From positions 1-43,157 of IMG/VR virus record IMGVR_UViG_3300033076_000514: a stretch of DNA of 43,157 nt; one strand, written 5' to 3'. Shown piece by piece: positions 25,917 through 35,624 of this stretch. Made by a program: the position numbers and the translations under genes. Each line of letters begins with the position of its first letter. Position 1 is the first letter of the stretch. Below the pieces are notes generated by a model that was not told where the DNA came from, made no database searches, and worked only from the letters and a program-made list of their open reading frames with translations. This DNA comes from a virus (taxonomy: Duplodnaviria; Caudoviricetes).

Positions 25917-26636
25917 ATGAACACCAAAATTTTTAACCTCTTAACAAAAAATTTGCAGAGTGCGTTTAATTTACCCAAGTATGCAAATATTTCTATCACA
26001 GCAGACACAGTGGTGCAAGACCTACCCTGGACTCCGGCACGCTATAGAAAATTCAAAGATGCTGTGGAAGCAGAGTTGAGCCTGCCCTGTGATTATGTGG
26101 GCACACTGCGTGATATCACACACGATCTGTCAGAGCGTTATATACACAGATTTTTTGCGGAGATTTGGAAACCAAGGACCAATGACTATGACTACACTGG
26201 TTGGCAACTTGCCGACGAAATTAACGCACTCAATCCGCGCAGCGTTCTCGACGTTGGCTGCGGGTATCATCCATTTAAAGGTCGCATCGACAACCTCATT
26301 GGTATTGATCCTTATAATAACTGCGCTGATTACATGGTTGATGTTTTGGATTATGTTGGGAGCCATGATGTCATCATTGCTCTTGGGTCTATAAACTTCA
26401 ACGATCGTGATGAAATCGAAAGCCGCTTTGGGAAATGTGTAGAATTATTAGATAAGGGTGGTCGGTTTTATCTACGTGCCAATCCAGGAATTACACACCG
26501 AACAGGTCCTTATGTGGAAATCTTTAATTGGACTTTTGAAGTAGTAAAAGAATTCGCGGAAAAATACCATTTACGTTTGGATACCTACAAAAAGGACGCC
26601 AATGATAGATTGTATTTTGTTTACACCAAGAAATGA
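25917..26636 (+). CDS. Class I SAM methyltransferase with N-terminal ACP-like domain
   Basis: VLDVGCG, GIDP, DVIIALGS; divergent from tctC; TAAATA at 25875-25880. Confidence 0.8.
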   Translation: MNTKIFNLLTKNLQSAFNLPKYANISITADTVVQDLPWTPARYRKFKDAVEAELSLPCDYVGTLRDITHDLSERYIHRFFAEIWKPRTNDYDYTGWQLADEINALNPRSVLDVGCGYHPFKGRIDNLIGIDPYNNCADYMVDVLDYVGSHDVIIALGSINFNDRDEIESRFGKCVELLDKGGRFYLRANPGITHRTGPYVEIFNWTFEVVKEFAEKYHLRLDTYKKDANDRLYFVYTKK

Positions 26637-27247
26637 TTTTCGGCATATTCAGCAGCGGCTTGGTGCGCTGCTTCTAGTGGATGCTTGGTTGGGCTAATAG
26701 GATATCGGTTATCGTGCGCCCAATCCACAAATGTTGACCCTTCAAAACTAGATATATGCGGGCGCACGCCTGTTAGTAATGCTTCTGTGCTTGGAATACC
26801 TGTATTGGTCAGCACAGATCTATCCTGACATATCATAATGTATTTTCTCTTGCCCAGTGTGGAAATGGCTGTTTGAATATATGCCAATGCTGTGAGCTGA
26901 TCACTGTAGTTGTCTTGCATTTCTGCAAAATACGTTCTTGCAAGCTGGGTATTTTCGTGTGGCAGCAGTGTTGCCCAACGATTGTTTTCTCTATAGTCTT
27001 GTCGATCCCCATAAGTCCACCCTATGACATATATTGTATCTTCGTCATTGAGTTGACTTAACAACGCATCTAATATTTGTAAATTACCAGCACCCGGGCG
27101 GGCATAACAATGGTAATCTCTCTGCAGTTTCTTTGCCAGTAGCGCAGGCCAGGTCCGTTTACTGGCTGTGGCTCGGGGGCCATTGCGCCCGTCATCGGCC
27201 AAATCCGTGCCGAATATTAGGCTACACCCAAAGCTCTTTAATTTCAA
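26621..27247 (-). CDS. SGNH hydrolase-like protein
   Basis: FGCSLIFG, GAGN, HPLEAAH; TTG start. Confidence 0.65.
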   Translation of the reverse strand: MKLKSFGCSLIFGTDLADDGRNGPRATASKRTWPALLAKKLQRDYHCYARPGAGNLQILDALLSQLNDEDTIYVIGWTYGDRQDYRENNRWATLLPHENTQLARTYFAEMQDNYSDQLTALAYIQTAISTLGKRKYIMICQDRSVLTNTGIPSTEALLTGVRPHISSFEGSTFVDWAHDNRYPISPTKHPLEAAHQAAAEYAENHFLV

Positions 27248-27865
27248 TTAGAATCCGTTTTTAAATAATGCTGCACCGTTGTTGAAACTGCGGCTCCATG
27301 ACGCAGCATCTTGGCCACCTTTGCGTCGGCTCCACTCGTAGCCTGCGCGGTGTCCTGAGCAGTCCTTGGTGCAGGGTGAGCCTTTGAATGTTAGCTCATC
27401 CAGCTGTTCTTCTTCATTGGCATGTTTGAAATATTCTACTTCACGTTCGTGCTTTTGTGCTGCGGCTTTCGATGGAAAATCACCTAGGTTCTTCCCTGAC
27501 TTTTTGCTTACCAATCTATATCCACTGCCGTGTTTAACAATATGCTCGTCTAGTTCTTTATCGCGTTCAGGTGCGGACCAAGACCATACTTCTTTACCAG
27601 TGCTTAAATCTACCACTGCAATGTGATAGTATTCTTTCTCGTGATAGAACATGCTTTTAGCATTGGCAATAGCCCGATTCTTATCAGTGAAAATACCTTT
27701 GCGAGTACCATCACAAACAACTTGATATTTTGTTTCAACGTCTTCGTTGTGCTTTTTACGGCCTTGGCAATGGGCACGTTGGCTAAAGCCTTTTGGATTG
27801 GCACAGTTGATAGAGCGCTTGTATTTTTGGCTCCATTTTTCGCTGACAAACTCAGAGGCTCTCAT
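27248..27865 (-). CDS. Four-module polyprotein, putative internal head protein
   Basis: MRASEFVSE|KWSQ...HNE|DVET...LDE|HIVK...LDE|LTFK. Confidence 0.8.
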   Translation of the reverse strand: MRASEFVSEKWSQKYKRSINCANPKGFSQRAHCQGRKKHNEDVETKYQVVCDGTRKGIFTDKNRAIANAKSMFYHEKEYYHIAVVDLSTGKEVWSWSAPERDKELDEHIVKHGSGYRLVSKKSGKNLGDFPSKAAAQKHEREVEYFKHANEEEQLDELTFKGSPCTKDCSGHRAGYEWSRRKGGQDAASWSRSFNNGAALFKNGF

Positions 27866-28437
27866 TAGATAATCCCTGCTGCGCTTTGAATTGATTTCAT
27901 CAACGCATCTCGCTCGTAGATTTGTTTTGTAGGCAGGCCTGCAGCCACACGCATTTCATTCATTTCTGACTCAAACTTTTTGCGATATTCTTTGGGACTC
28001 AGCGGCACAATGCTATCAAATGTGTCGCGGCTAAATGGATAATCTTTATCGCGATAGTGCATTGTCCAGTCATCTTTTGAGAATTCTGTTAGTGTGCTTA
28101 AATCATCCAACAACTGTTCTACATTGCCGCCGGCTGTGCTGCGTCGGCGCATTTCAATGTAAACAAGATAGCGGTTGGGCTTGATTTCACCTGGTGATTT
28201 ATCTGCGTCTATAACAAAGTCATAGCCCTTTTCAAACCATGACATCAAGTCTTTGGCAGCTTGATTGTCACGCAGGAAAAAACTCAGCGTAATGATATCG
28301 TCATCATCGCCCATTTTTGAGCTGAATTCGTCCACGTGAACAGTAGGCTTCATTAAGCCTTCAAGGTCTTTGTATTCCAGGCTCTCAAACAGCGGGAACG
28401 GCTGGAGCTTGGGATTGTTGTTGCTGTTGTTGCTCAT
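27865..28437 (-). CDS. Hypothetical phage protein
   Basis: 190 aa; start uncertain, overlapping the upstream poly-Q tail. Confidence 0.75.
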   Translation of the reverse strand: MSNNSNNNPKLQPFPLFESLEYKDLEGLMKPTVHVDEFSSKMGDDDDIITLSFFLRDNQAAKDLMSWFEKGYDFVIDADKSPGEIKPNRYLVYIEMRRRSTAGGNVEQLLDDLSTLTEFSKDDWTMHYRDKDYPFSRDTFDSIVPLSPKEYRKKFESEMNEMRVAAGLPTKQIYERDALMKSIQSAAGII

Positions 28438-28966
28438 CTTGTTTGAACTCTTCTTTGTCTAAGTCTTGTTCGTAGGCATCATCTAAGTCTGCCAGGTCAA
28501 TGTCTTGATCTTCTAGTTCCACACTTCCAGTGCGGATGTCACTCATCAATGCTTTGGGTATTGTAATTTCCACCAGCCACACAGGTTTTTCCACAATTCG
28601 TGCTTTATGTGTGCCTGGCTGATAATCACTTGGATCATTGATTTTGATCGGGATTTTCATTTTGGTTTTTTTGTATTTTACGTCACAATCAAATGGCAAC
28701 AATCTGCGTCCTGCACGTGGATCAGGCATGAGATTTTCTGGCCACAAAAAGGTGCAGGACACTCGGTATTTTGAAATGTCTGGGCCAGCCACAAGCTCAC
28801 CAATTTCCCAGTTACGAAATGCATAGATGTCTAGTTCATCCAGCACACGCTCAAAGTCCAGCAGTGTAAGCAAACTGCCTTCGCTCAAGTAAATGTCGCG
28901 AAGATTATCGGCTACTTGCCAATAGTCTGAGTGATCTTTGAATAGTTCTTTGTCTCTGAGTCCCAT
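28385..28966 (-). CDS. Hypothetical phage protein with acidic/poly-Q tail
   Basis: 193 aa; TAAATA (28972-28977) 5 nt upstream. Confidence 0.78.
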   Translation of the reverse strand: MGLRDKELFKDHSDYWQVADNLRDIYLSEGSLLTLLDFERVLDELDIYAFRNWEIGELVAGPDISKYRVSCTFLWPENLMPDPRAGRRLLPFDCDVKYKKTKMKIPIKINDPSDYQPGTHKARIVEKPVWLVEITIPKALMSDIRTGSVELEDQDIDLADLDDAYEQDLDKEEFKQDEQQQQQQSQAPAVPAV

Positions 28967-29083
28967 AGTGTTATTTATGGTAGGTAACAGCTTGTGTTGC
29001 TTTTGCTTTTTTCTAGCAAAGCCAAATACTTATGATCTAGATTTCAAAAATCAACACCCATAGAATATTTTGATCAACCCATC

Positions 29084-29112
29084 TAAATACTTCTGACAGT
29101 AGGCAACTGTCA
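29084..29112 (+). promoter_or_regulatory. TAAATA promoter and 5' leader hairpin of phoH
   Basis: TAAATA 29084-29089, then TGACAGT-AGGCA-ACTGTCA; GGAG SD before the TTG start. Confidence 0.55.
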
Positions 29113-29136
29113 TTCTACAAGAAACGGAGATAAGAC

Positions 29137-29880
29137 TTGAGTAGAAACCGCGCTTTAAAAGCACAACAACAACAGAGTCGCCGCATGCCAGCAGAACTTG
29201 ATTCAAACATAGTTCAATTCCAAACCCGAAAAGTCTCACAGAGACCCATTGACTTGATCCCTCGCACAAAGAATCAAGAACGTTTGGTGCTGGCGTTGCA
29301 AGACGCAACTCAACACATAGTAGTCACAGCAGGACCAGCTGGAACAGGTAAAACATACCTGGCAATGTTGGCCGCTGTAAAAGCACTTAGAGAAGGAGTG
29401 ATTGACCGCATTGTAATGACACGCCCAGCGGTTGGCGTAGAGGGAGAACAGCATGGTTTTCTCCCGGGCAACCTAGTTGCCAAAATGGAACCCTGGACTA
29501 GACCATTGTTGGACGTAATGCGTGAGTATTATCGTCCGCAAGAAATTGCAGCAATGATTGACGACCAAATAGTAGAGATAGCACCTCTAGCATTCATGCG
29601 TGGTCGCACGTTCAAGAACGCATGGATCATTGCAGATGAAATGCAAAATGCCACACCTGCACAAGTAAAAATGCTAATGACAAGAATTGGATCTAACAGC
29701 AAGATCATTATCACCGGAGACGTGGAGCAGGCCGATCGCCAGTATGGCGACAATGGTTTGATGGACCTCTGCGAAAGGTTGGGGAAAGGAGGTGTTAATG
29801 GTATTGCTGTATGTGAATTGGATGGACGAGACGTCCAACGTCACCGGATAATTAGTTCGGTATTAAAGTTATATCAGTAA
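29137..29880 (+). CDS. phoH: PhoH-family ATPase
   Basis: GPAGTGKT, TRPAV, GFLPG, PLAFMRGRTF, DEMQN, TGDVEQAD. Confidence 0.95.
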   Translation: MSRNRALKAQQQQSRRMPAELDSNIVQFQTRKVSQRPIDLIPRTKNQERLVLALQDATQHIVVTAGPAGTGKTYLAMLAAVKALREGVIDRIVMTRPAVGVEGEQHGFLPGNLVAKMEPWTRPLLDVMREYYRPQEIAAMIDDQIVEIAPLAFMRGRTFKNAWIIADEMQNATPAQVKMLMTRIGSNSKIIITGDVEQADRQYGDNGLMDLCERLGKGGVNGIAVCELDGRDVQRHRIISSVLKLYQ

Positions 29881-29887
29881 ATAACAA

Positions 29888-30586
29888 ATGTTTATTGCTG
29901 ATCCAATGGATCACCCTAATTTAGTGGTGATCCATTATCCTTCTTATGCTGGCGGAAAATTTTGGATTAACTGCCTAGCACACCATCCGCATGTTTTGCC
30001 CTTGTTGGGCGACACATCGGCTCCAGAAAACAGCTGGTTATTTTCCAGCATCAGTGATGTTGTAAAACAAAATCTCAAAATTGGGTTGATCAACAAATCG
30101 TTGCCCCCTGTGGAGGACATGCACAACTGGGCTAGATATGAATTAGGGGATGGGAGAATGTGGGGAGGGACAATGAGTAATTTGTTGAATCCACATCGAG
30201 GTTTTGAAATTCCCCTTGAATCTCAAATACTGCTGGATCAGTATCGATGCTTTGTTATTAATCACACAGTTTGTTTGGATCAATTCAATCAAATCAACCA
30301 AGCATGGCCCTTGGCCAAACACATTGTTTTGCACAACACGTTGAAATTTCAACAACTCGCTGCCAAACTAAAGCAGCCAGATTTTCCAGTGCCTGTGGGA
30401 ACAGATAGTCTAGACATCAGGGGCAACGAAAATGTATTTTATATAGATGTCGACAATACTATATTCGATGATAACAAAGTGCTCAGAGTCGTGCTGAATT
30501 GCCTACGCTGCATGGGTCTGGATACAGACCTACATCCAAACATAAATGGGTATGTCACTGACTATTTGAAACTGCACCGGCTGTGA
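29888..30586 (+). CDS. Hypothetical protein with degenerate sulfotransferase-like P-loop
   Basis: VIHYPSYAGGKFWINCL; TAAATA (29878-29883) 4 nt upstream. Confidence 0.55.
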   Translation: MFIADPMDHPNLVVIHYPSYAGGKFWINCLAHHPHVLPLLGDTSAPENSWLFSSISDVVKQNLKIGLINKSLPPVEDMHNWARYELGDGRMWGGTMSNLLNPHRGFEIPLESQILLDQYRCFVINHTVCLDQFNQINQAWPLAKHIVLHNTLKFQQLAAKLKQPDFPVPVGTDSLDIRGNENVFYIDVDNTIFDDNKVLRVVLNCLRCMGLDTDLHPNINGYVTDYLKLHRL

Positions 30587-31187
30587 TTAAATCGTAGAGT
30601 TCACGCCATGTTTTAACAACAGGAATGCGCTCGTTGACATGATGCATATTGTGCCCGTGCTCCATGAGCACACTCTTTAGACCCAGGTCCAGTCCGACTT
30701 CGGCGTTTTCTGGTTTGTCTTCTACCCACCAGCAGCCTGAGTCGGCATACTCTTCCAAGGCATAGTTTTTGTCTGCGCCGGTGTCCAAGCACACCACACG
30801 TTCAAATGCAGTGGATCCAAATAACTTGGCCAAGTTCATTTCACGCAGTCGTTGTGCGTTGATGTCTTTGCTTAGACTTGTAATACAATGGAACACATAG
30901 CCATGCTCTTCATGCAGGCGTTTGACATAATACATGGCATCGCGATGCGGGGGTAAAAAACCAATTGCTGCTGACTCGTTGAACATGCGAATCAGCTTTT
31001 TGCTTTGTTGCCGGTCGATGTTGTAACGTTCGCCGATATCGTAGATAAACTGCCCGCCTTCTACCTTGGTAAAGCCATGCTCTTCCATCCAGATAGCAAA
31101 GGCATACTCCCAGTTAAGGAGCACGCCGTCGGCATCAACTAGGATTAGGTTCTGGGGATTGTGTTTCTGTTTCTGTGGGTTCTTCAT
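30555..31187 (-). CDS. HAD-superfamily phosphatase / 5'-nucleotidase (T4 gp30.2-like)
   Basis: LVDADGVL, ITS, K, WVEDKPEN. Confidence 0.85.
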   Translation of the reverse strand: MKNPQKQKHNPQNLILVDADGVLLNWEYAFAIWMEEHGFTKVEGGQFIYDIGERYNIDRQQSKKLIRMFNESAAIGFLPPHRDAMYYVKRLHEEHGYVFHCITSLSKDINAQRLREMNLAKLFGSTAFERVVCLDTGADKNYALEEYADSGCWWVEDKPENAEVGLDLGLKSVLMEHGHNMHHVNERIPVVKTWRELYDLITAGAVSNSQ

Positions 31188-31458
31188 TGGGTTTTTCTAA
31201 GTTAACTTGGTAACCGTTTTCGTTGAACAATCGTGTAATAATATTTTCGTAGTGTTGGATGTAGTATTGAACTAAGTTATCAAAGTTCTTGGGCACGTTT
31301 ACACCACCCATGCTTGCTTTGGTAACTTCTAGCTTTTTAAAGTCTAGAATAACGTTGGCCATTTGAATGTCACGTGCCTTTAAGTTCTTTGTTACGGCCA
31401 TTACCTCATCAGTTTGGCCGTTTGCTTTTTTATAGTAAGTGATGACTAGGTATCTCAT
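31135..31458 (-). CDS. Hypothetical protein
   Basis: 107 aa ORF in operon with GAGG SD. Confidence 0.7.
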   Translation of the reverse strand: MRYLVITYYKKANGQTDEVMAVTKNLKARDIQMANVILDFKKLEVTKASMGGVNVPKNFDNLVQYYIQHYENIITRLFNENGYQVNLEKPNEEPTETETQSPEPNPS

Positions 31459-32530
31459 ATTTCCTCATTATGGTGTTGTATGTATCAAGGTCTTGGGCCT
31501 TGGGCGCACAAAGACCGCACATGCAATTATACTTTTTGCATTGTATGGTTGGCGTAGTTCCCACAGCATTTAAGATAGCTTGTGTATCAGTTAAATGTCC
31601 GATAGGGCCTACGTCTCCTTGGTAGTTCATCTTGCAGTCTTTGTTGACAAATACTTCTCCGGTAACTTGCTTGACATACAAGAAAAACTTATCAACGCTG
31701 CAATACCAATCAGTGAATTTGTTGTCAATGATGTAACGCTGTCGCTCTCGACGATTGCCGTCTAGGCACAAACTTCTACCGCCACAGCAAGCTCTGCCGT
31801 AGTCGCTGAGATTTATTTTGCTGTCCTCGGGAATGTTTGATTCTGGATACAGCTTGTTGAACCATTTGATTTCCTGAGTCTCATAGTTGCGTCTGGAATT
31901 GGTTGAATCATCTAGTTGTCGTGGCAAGCAACGAATGTTAGATTCCTTTAACCACTCAATTTGACTCATTGCATCTTCGAACAATTCGTGTTCATTGTGC
32001 ATCAACACTACGCATTTTAATCTACGACCAGAATCTCTTATTGTGATTAAGTTATCTCTAAACTGTTGCTTTTGTTTATCGCTGTTCTCTGTGTGATAGC
32101 TAACAGTGAATTCGTCAATCAATGGTATAATAGCGGCCAGCCTATGCGGGGCAATAATAGCATTGGTTGTGGTTGTAACTGTGAGATGCCAGTTCCGTGC
32201 CTTTGCTTGATATCGAGAATGAACTTCCTGCAAGATAGTCACAATGTCAGGATGGTGCAGGGCTTCACCGCCGTATACGTTGAAGTTAACGTATTGTATG
32301 CCTTTAGGTTTGCTGGACATTATGCGATCCACATACTCATACATAAAGTCAACGCTGGACAAGCACTGGTCCAGTGGAGGATGTGCTGTGCTATTGTCGT
32401 GACCTTTGTAAATGCCCACTCCACAATAACTGCAATCTAAATTGCATTTCATTGTGAGTTCCCAGTCTAGCAAAAATGCCGGACGGTTCTGCGGATCAAT
32501 TGCAGGCTCAAGAAATTTGTGAGAGTTCAA
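31430..32530 (-). CDS. Radical SAM protein with Cys-rich C-terminus
   Basis: CNLDCSYC, GGEA, TTN, SYH; start uncertain. Confidence 0.87.
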   Translation of the reverse strand: MNSHKFLEPAIDPQNRPAFLLDWELTMKCNLDCSYCGVGIYKGHDNSTAHPPLDQCLSSVDFMYEYVDRIMSSKPKGIQYVNFNVYGGEALHHPDIVTILQEVHSRYQAKARNWHLTVTTTTNAIIAPHRLAAIIPLIDEFTVSYHTENSDKQKQQFRDNLITIRDSGRRLKCVVLMHNEHELFEDAMSQIEWLKESNIRCLPRQLDDSTNSRRNYETQEIKWFNKLYPESNIPEDSKINLSDYGRACCGGRSLCLDGNRRERQRYIIDNKFTDWYCSVDKFFLYVKQVTGEVFVNKDCKMNYQGDVGPIGHLTDTQAILNAVGTTPTIQCKKYNCMCGLCAPKAQDLDTYNTIMRKYEIPSHHLL

Positions 32531-33431
32531 TTAGTGTAGCACTCAAGTTAATTTCTGGGTCAGCAACCATGGTGTTGTTTACAAGACCATTACGGATAAT
32601 AACAATAGCCTGGTCTTGTTGTTCCACAGTTTTGCCAAACAGTTCTACGTTGTCATACATCCAACGGAATACTTCTTCTGCTTCTTCTGGGCTGGCGCTT
32701 TGACACAGCAGTTTACGTGCTTCTGTGACACGACCGTGTTTGAACAAGTCTACACAATCTAGCTTCCAGTCTCGGGTGCTACGATCTGATTCACTTGGTG
32801 CCACAAGTTTGTTGCTTTGACTGTTTAGTTGCACAAGATTCAAACACTTACGTAAGTCTGGGTAAGTTGCTTTGACATAGCTGTCTAGTGTATCTAAATC
32901 AAACTCCACGCCTTCTTCTACCAGCACAGTGGCAACTCTAGCAGTAAACTCTGTTTGATCTGTTTTGGTAATATGAAAGCCTTGGCAACGTGAGTGCAAG
33001 GGTGGGATAATCTTGTTGGGATAGTTACAAGTTAGAATGAAACGCACTGATTGGCTGTAGTCTTCCATCAAGTTACGCATGGCCGGCTGCACTGAGTTTG
33101 GATTCAAGTAGTCAGCTTCGTCGATCAGCACAACCTTGAACTTGCCAAATGGCATTGTTTGACAGAATCCAATCAGCTTGTCCACCCATTCAATCTTACG
33201 ACCTTCCTTGGACCCGTTTGCAAACATAACGTCATAGTCGTCTACGCCTAGTTCGTTGATCAACATCTTGGCCAGTGTGGTCTTACCTGTGCCTGGCGAT
33301 CCTGACAGCAACAAATGCGGAATGCTTCCGTCTCGAATCCAGGCCTGCACTTGCTCACGCTGTGCGTCATCCACAAACACATAACCGTCCACTGTGTTGG
33401 GACGATATTTTTCTACCCATAGTTCTTTCAT
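32508..33431 (-). CDS. Sliding-clamp loader AAA+ subunit (RFC small / T4 gp44-like)
   Basis: LWVEKYRP, GSPGTGKTT, DEAD, SRC. Confidence 0.93.
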   Translation of the reverse strand: MKELWVEKYRPNTVDGYVFVDDAQREQVQAWIRDGSIPHLLLSGSPGTGKTTLAKMLINELGVDDYDVMFANGSKEGRKIEWVDKLIGFCQTMPFGKFKVVLIDEADYLNPNSVQPAMRNLMEDYSQSVRFILTCNYPNKIIPPLHSRCQGFHITKTDQTEFTARVATVLVEEGVEFDLDTLDSYVKATYPDLRKCLNLVQLNSQSNKLVAPSESDRSTRDWKLDCVDLFKHGRVTEARKLLCQSASPEEAEEVFRWMYDNVELFGKTVEQQDQAIVIIRNGLVNNTMVADPEINLSATLIELSQIS

Positions 33432-33616
33432 ACGTTGTTCGATCCTATTCTGCTGTAGCCCAATTTGCTTTTGACTTCTCGTTGAGATTCCCGAAGTTCT
33501 TTATTATACTGTTCAATGACCAGCATTGCAAACTTTTCGGCGTTGTCCACGCTCATCCATTTGCCGCTGATATCCGTGCCAGCTTGTCGCATTAATTCTT
33601 TGATTTGTTTATTCAT
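33428..33616 (-). CDS. Hypothetical protein
   Basis: 62 aa, coupled to neighbours. Confidence 0.6.
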   Translation of the reverse strand: MNKQIKELMRQAGTDISGKWMSVDNAEKFAMLVIEQYNKELRESQREVKSKLGYSRIGSNNV

Positions 33617-33902
33617 ATCTGCTGCCTGGTTGCCCCGGTTCGTTTGAGTTGGTACACGCTAGTGTATGATCAGTTGATTTGGGGCAACGCTTGTTGCCAC
33701 AATCTGGGCATACAATAAATGTGCTCACGGTCAATGGCCATCCTCTATCATCATATTTTAAACCCATGCAGCGATAACAGCCGCATTCTTTGGAGAAATA
33801 CCAACGAGGTCTTGCACCAAAGATACGGTCTATGCTGTTGGCAAAATCTTCATATTTTACACTAAATGGTCTTGGGCTGTCGCCCTTGCCTCCGTCACTC
33901 AT
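33609..33902 (-). CDS. Small Zn-finger protein
   Basis: GGKGDSPRP N-terminus; CGCYRC and CPDCGNKRC...H...C. Confidence 0.65.
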   Translation of the reverse strand: MSDGGKGDSPRPFSVKYEDFANSIDRIFGARPRWYFSKECGCYRCMGLKYDDRGWPLTVSTFIVCPDCGNKRCPKSTDHTLACTNSNEPGQPGSRYE

Positions 33903-34173
33903 CGTCTATTACCTCTTCTAGTTCTTCGAATTTTTCACCGGTGTGAATATTGTATTCGATATTGCCAACACGCCAGCTTTCTGTCCATATATGTTGGTTA
34001 TTAGATTGCTCACCTGGTCCAAGCAGACGCAACATTGTCATGATTTGCTCTTGTTCTTTTGGATCAGTGATGACACGCCTTTTCTTAGTAAGCCCTAGGC
34101 TTTTTATTAAGGCATAGCACTCTTCAGGAGTCATGTTTTTAACACGATCCTGGATTAGTTTTAGTCCACTCAT
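33895..34173 (-). CDS. Hypothetical protein
   Basis: 92 aa, coupled to neighbours. Confidence 0.6.
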   Translation of the reverse strand: MSGLKLIQDRVKNMTPEECYALIKSLGLTKKRRVITDPKEQEQIMTMLRLLGPGEQSNNQHIWTESWRVGNIEYNIHTGEKFEELEEVIDDE

Positions 34174-34445
34174 ACTAACTCTTCTAGGATGCCAAGCAGT
34201 TCAGCAGCAATCAGCAACCCACCTGTTGCCATAATAAAGGATGTTAGTAGAGCAGGATTGTTAGCACCTAGTATAAGTGCAAATCCTGCACCGATACGCA
34301 GGAAACTTTTAACAAGGCTAACATAAAAGTGGCCTTTGGATGTATCTTTTGGTTGAATTTCTATCATAGGTTTCCTGTGCGGGCAACGGCCCTGATTATA
34401 ATTACAGCCATCATGTATAGGATGGCGACAAATATCACATTTCAT
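34170..34445 (-). CDS. Small two-TM protein with Cys-rich N-terminus
   Basis: CDIC...C...C, then HFYVSLVKSFLRI...AELLGILEELV. Confidence 0.65.
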   Translation of the reverse strand: MKCDICRHPIHDGCNYNQGRCPHRKPMIEIQPKDTSKGHFYVSLVKSFLRIGAGFALILGANNPALLTSFIMATGGLLIAAELLGILEELV

Positions 34446-35385
34446 CTAAAATCCTTAATCGGTGGTATGGGCGATTGTATAACTGATTTCTATTATACTC
34501 GATGATATCAAGATTGTCAAGCCATAACTGGCGCCATGTGTTCATATCTATAGAACACAATCTTTTGAACTCTTGAGAGAACGCATCAAATCTCCGTTGA
34601 TCGTCCTGAATGAAATCGTAGCTGTAGTCAATAAAGGTTGGTAATCTCCAACCTTTTATAGATAGGTATTTAACAAAACCCGGTGCACTAAATGGCAAAA
34701 TAAAATGTCCTTTGATCAGTGGATCCAAAGTTTTTTCTGTTGCAACCAGTGTATCCCCGGAATCCACAGATTCAGTGTAAACACTGAAAAAGGTTTCCCT
34801 ATAGTAAGCATTGTGAACAGGTTGATAACCCTGCGGTGTTGTTGCCTTTGGCAGATATTTGACTTGTGTAGCACTGGGATTAACTGAGTTAGATTCCAAT
34901 GGTCCAGTGTAACCACTGTGTTTGGCAACCAATTCAGCTAGTTGTTGTCTAAATGGGGTAGATGGTTTGTTTGGGCTAACAAACAATTTTGTTTTTTCAT
35001 CTGCTGTGCCGATGTCTTGCAACAAAAAATCATCACTGTGATGCCAATGCCAAGGTCGATAGTTCCACTGTTGTTGTGTATAGTAGGCTTTGCTTCGGTT
35101 CCACATAAAATCATGGAACAAGATGTTGGGATGTGTGCGACTACGATCCTCGCACTCAACTATGACATAACTGTCTGGCTCAATATTAGACACCTGATGC
35201 CAACCTGCAATTTTGTCATTGCTGACATGTTGTAGATCAACACAGAAATTGAGAGTAGACTTTGTTTGAGGTGTTGGACTCATTGCATCCCAGACAGTTA
35301 TGTCAGCAGCTGAACCAACATTGTGTAAGTCCAGCATCATTGTGGCACACAATCTAGCCACTGGATTGCTGCACAGATTAATCAT
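34435..35385 (-). CDS. Hypothetical protein with glycosyltransferase-like C-terminus
   Basis: FSVYTES...TEKTLDP...IDYSYD pattern, reminiscent of GT10-like proteins. Confidence 0.55.
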   Translation of the reverse strand: MINLCSNPVARLCATMMLDLHNVGSAADITVWDAMSPTPQTKSTLNFCVDLQHVSNDKIAGWHQVSNIEPDSYVIVECEDRSRTHPNILFHDFMWNRSKAYYTQQQWNYRPWHWHHSDDFLLQDIGTADEKTKLFVSPNKPSTPFRQQLAELVAKHSGYTGPLESNSVNPSATQVKYLPKATTPQGYQPVHNAYYRETFFSVYTESVDSGDTLVATEKTLDPLIKGHFILPFSAPGFVKYLSIKGWRLPTFIDYSYDFIQDDQRRFDAFSQEFKRLCSIDMNTWRQLWLDNLDIIEYNRNQLYNRPYHRLRILDEM

Positions 35386-35624
35386 TCTGCTGGGTATGCT
35401 GGATTGGGAACATCAAGCTCCCAAATGTGCCATTTAGGTTTGTTGATACCGGTTGTAGTATCTTTAAGCAATTCCATTGTGCGGTTATGCTCTGCTTCTT
35501 GTAGAGTAGAATAAAATCCAACACCTAAGCCGCTGGTACCGCTACCACCGTAGGTAAAGTTCATGCCAGTTTGTTTAACTAACTGATATATCTTAATAAC
35601 TTTAGGTGGTTGGATTGGTTCCAT
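35382..35624 (-). CDS. Hypothetical protein
   Basis: 80 aa, coupled to neighbours. Confidence 0.6.
   Translation of the reverse strand: MEPIQPPKVIKIYQLVKQTGMNFTYGGSGTSGLGVGFYSTLQEAEHNRTMELLKDTTTGINKPKWHIWELDVPNPAYPAE

Noticed and set aside
28967-29136. Longest intergenic region as replication origin or ncRNA
   Set aside because: Explained by divergent TAAATA promoters and short hairpins; no iterons seen
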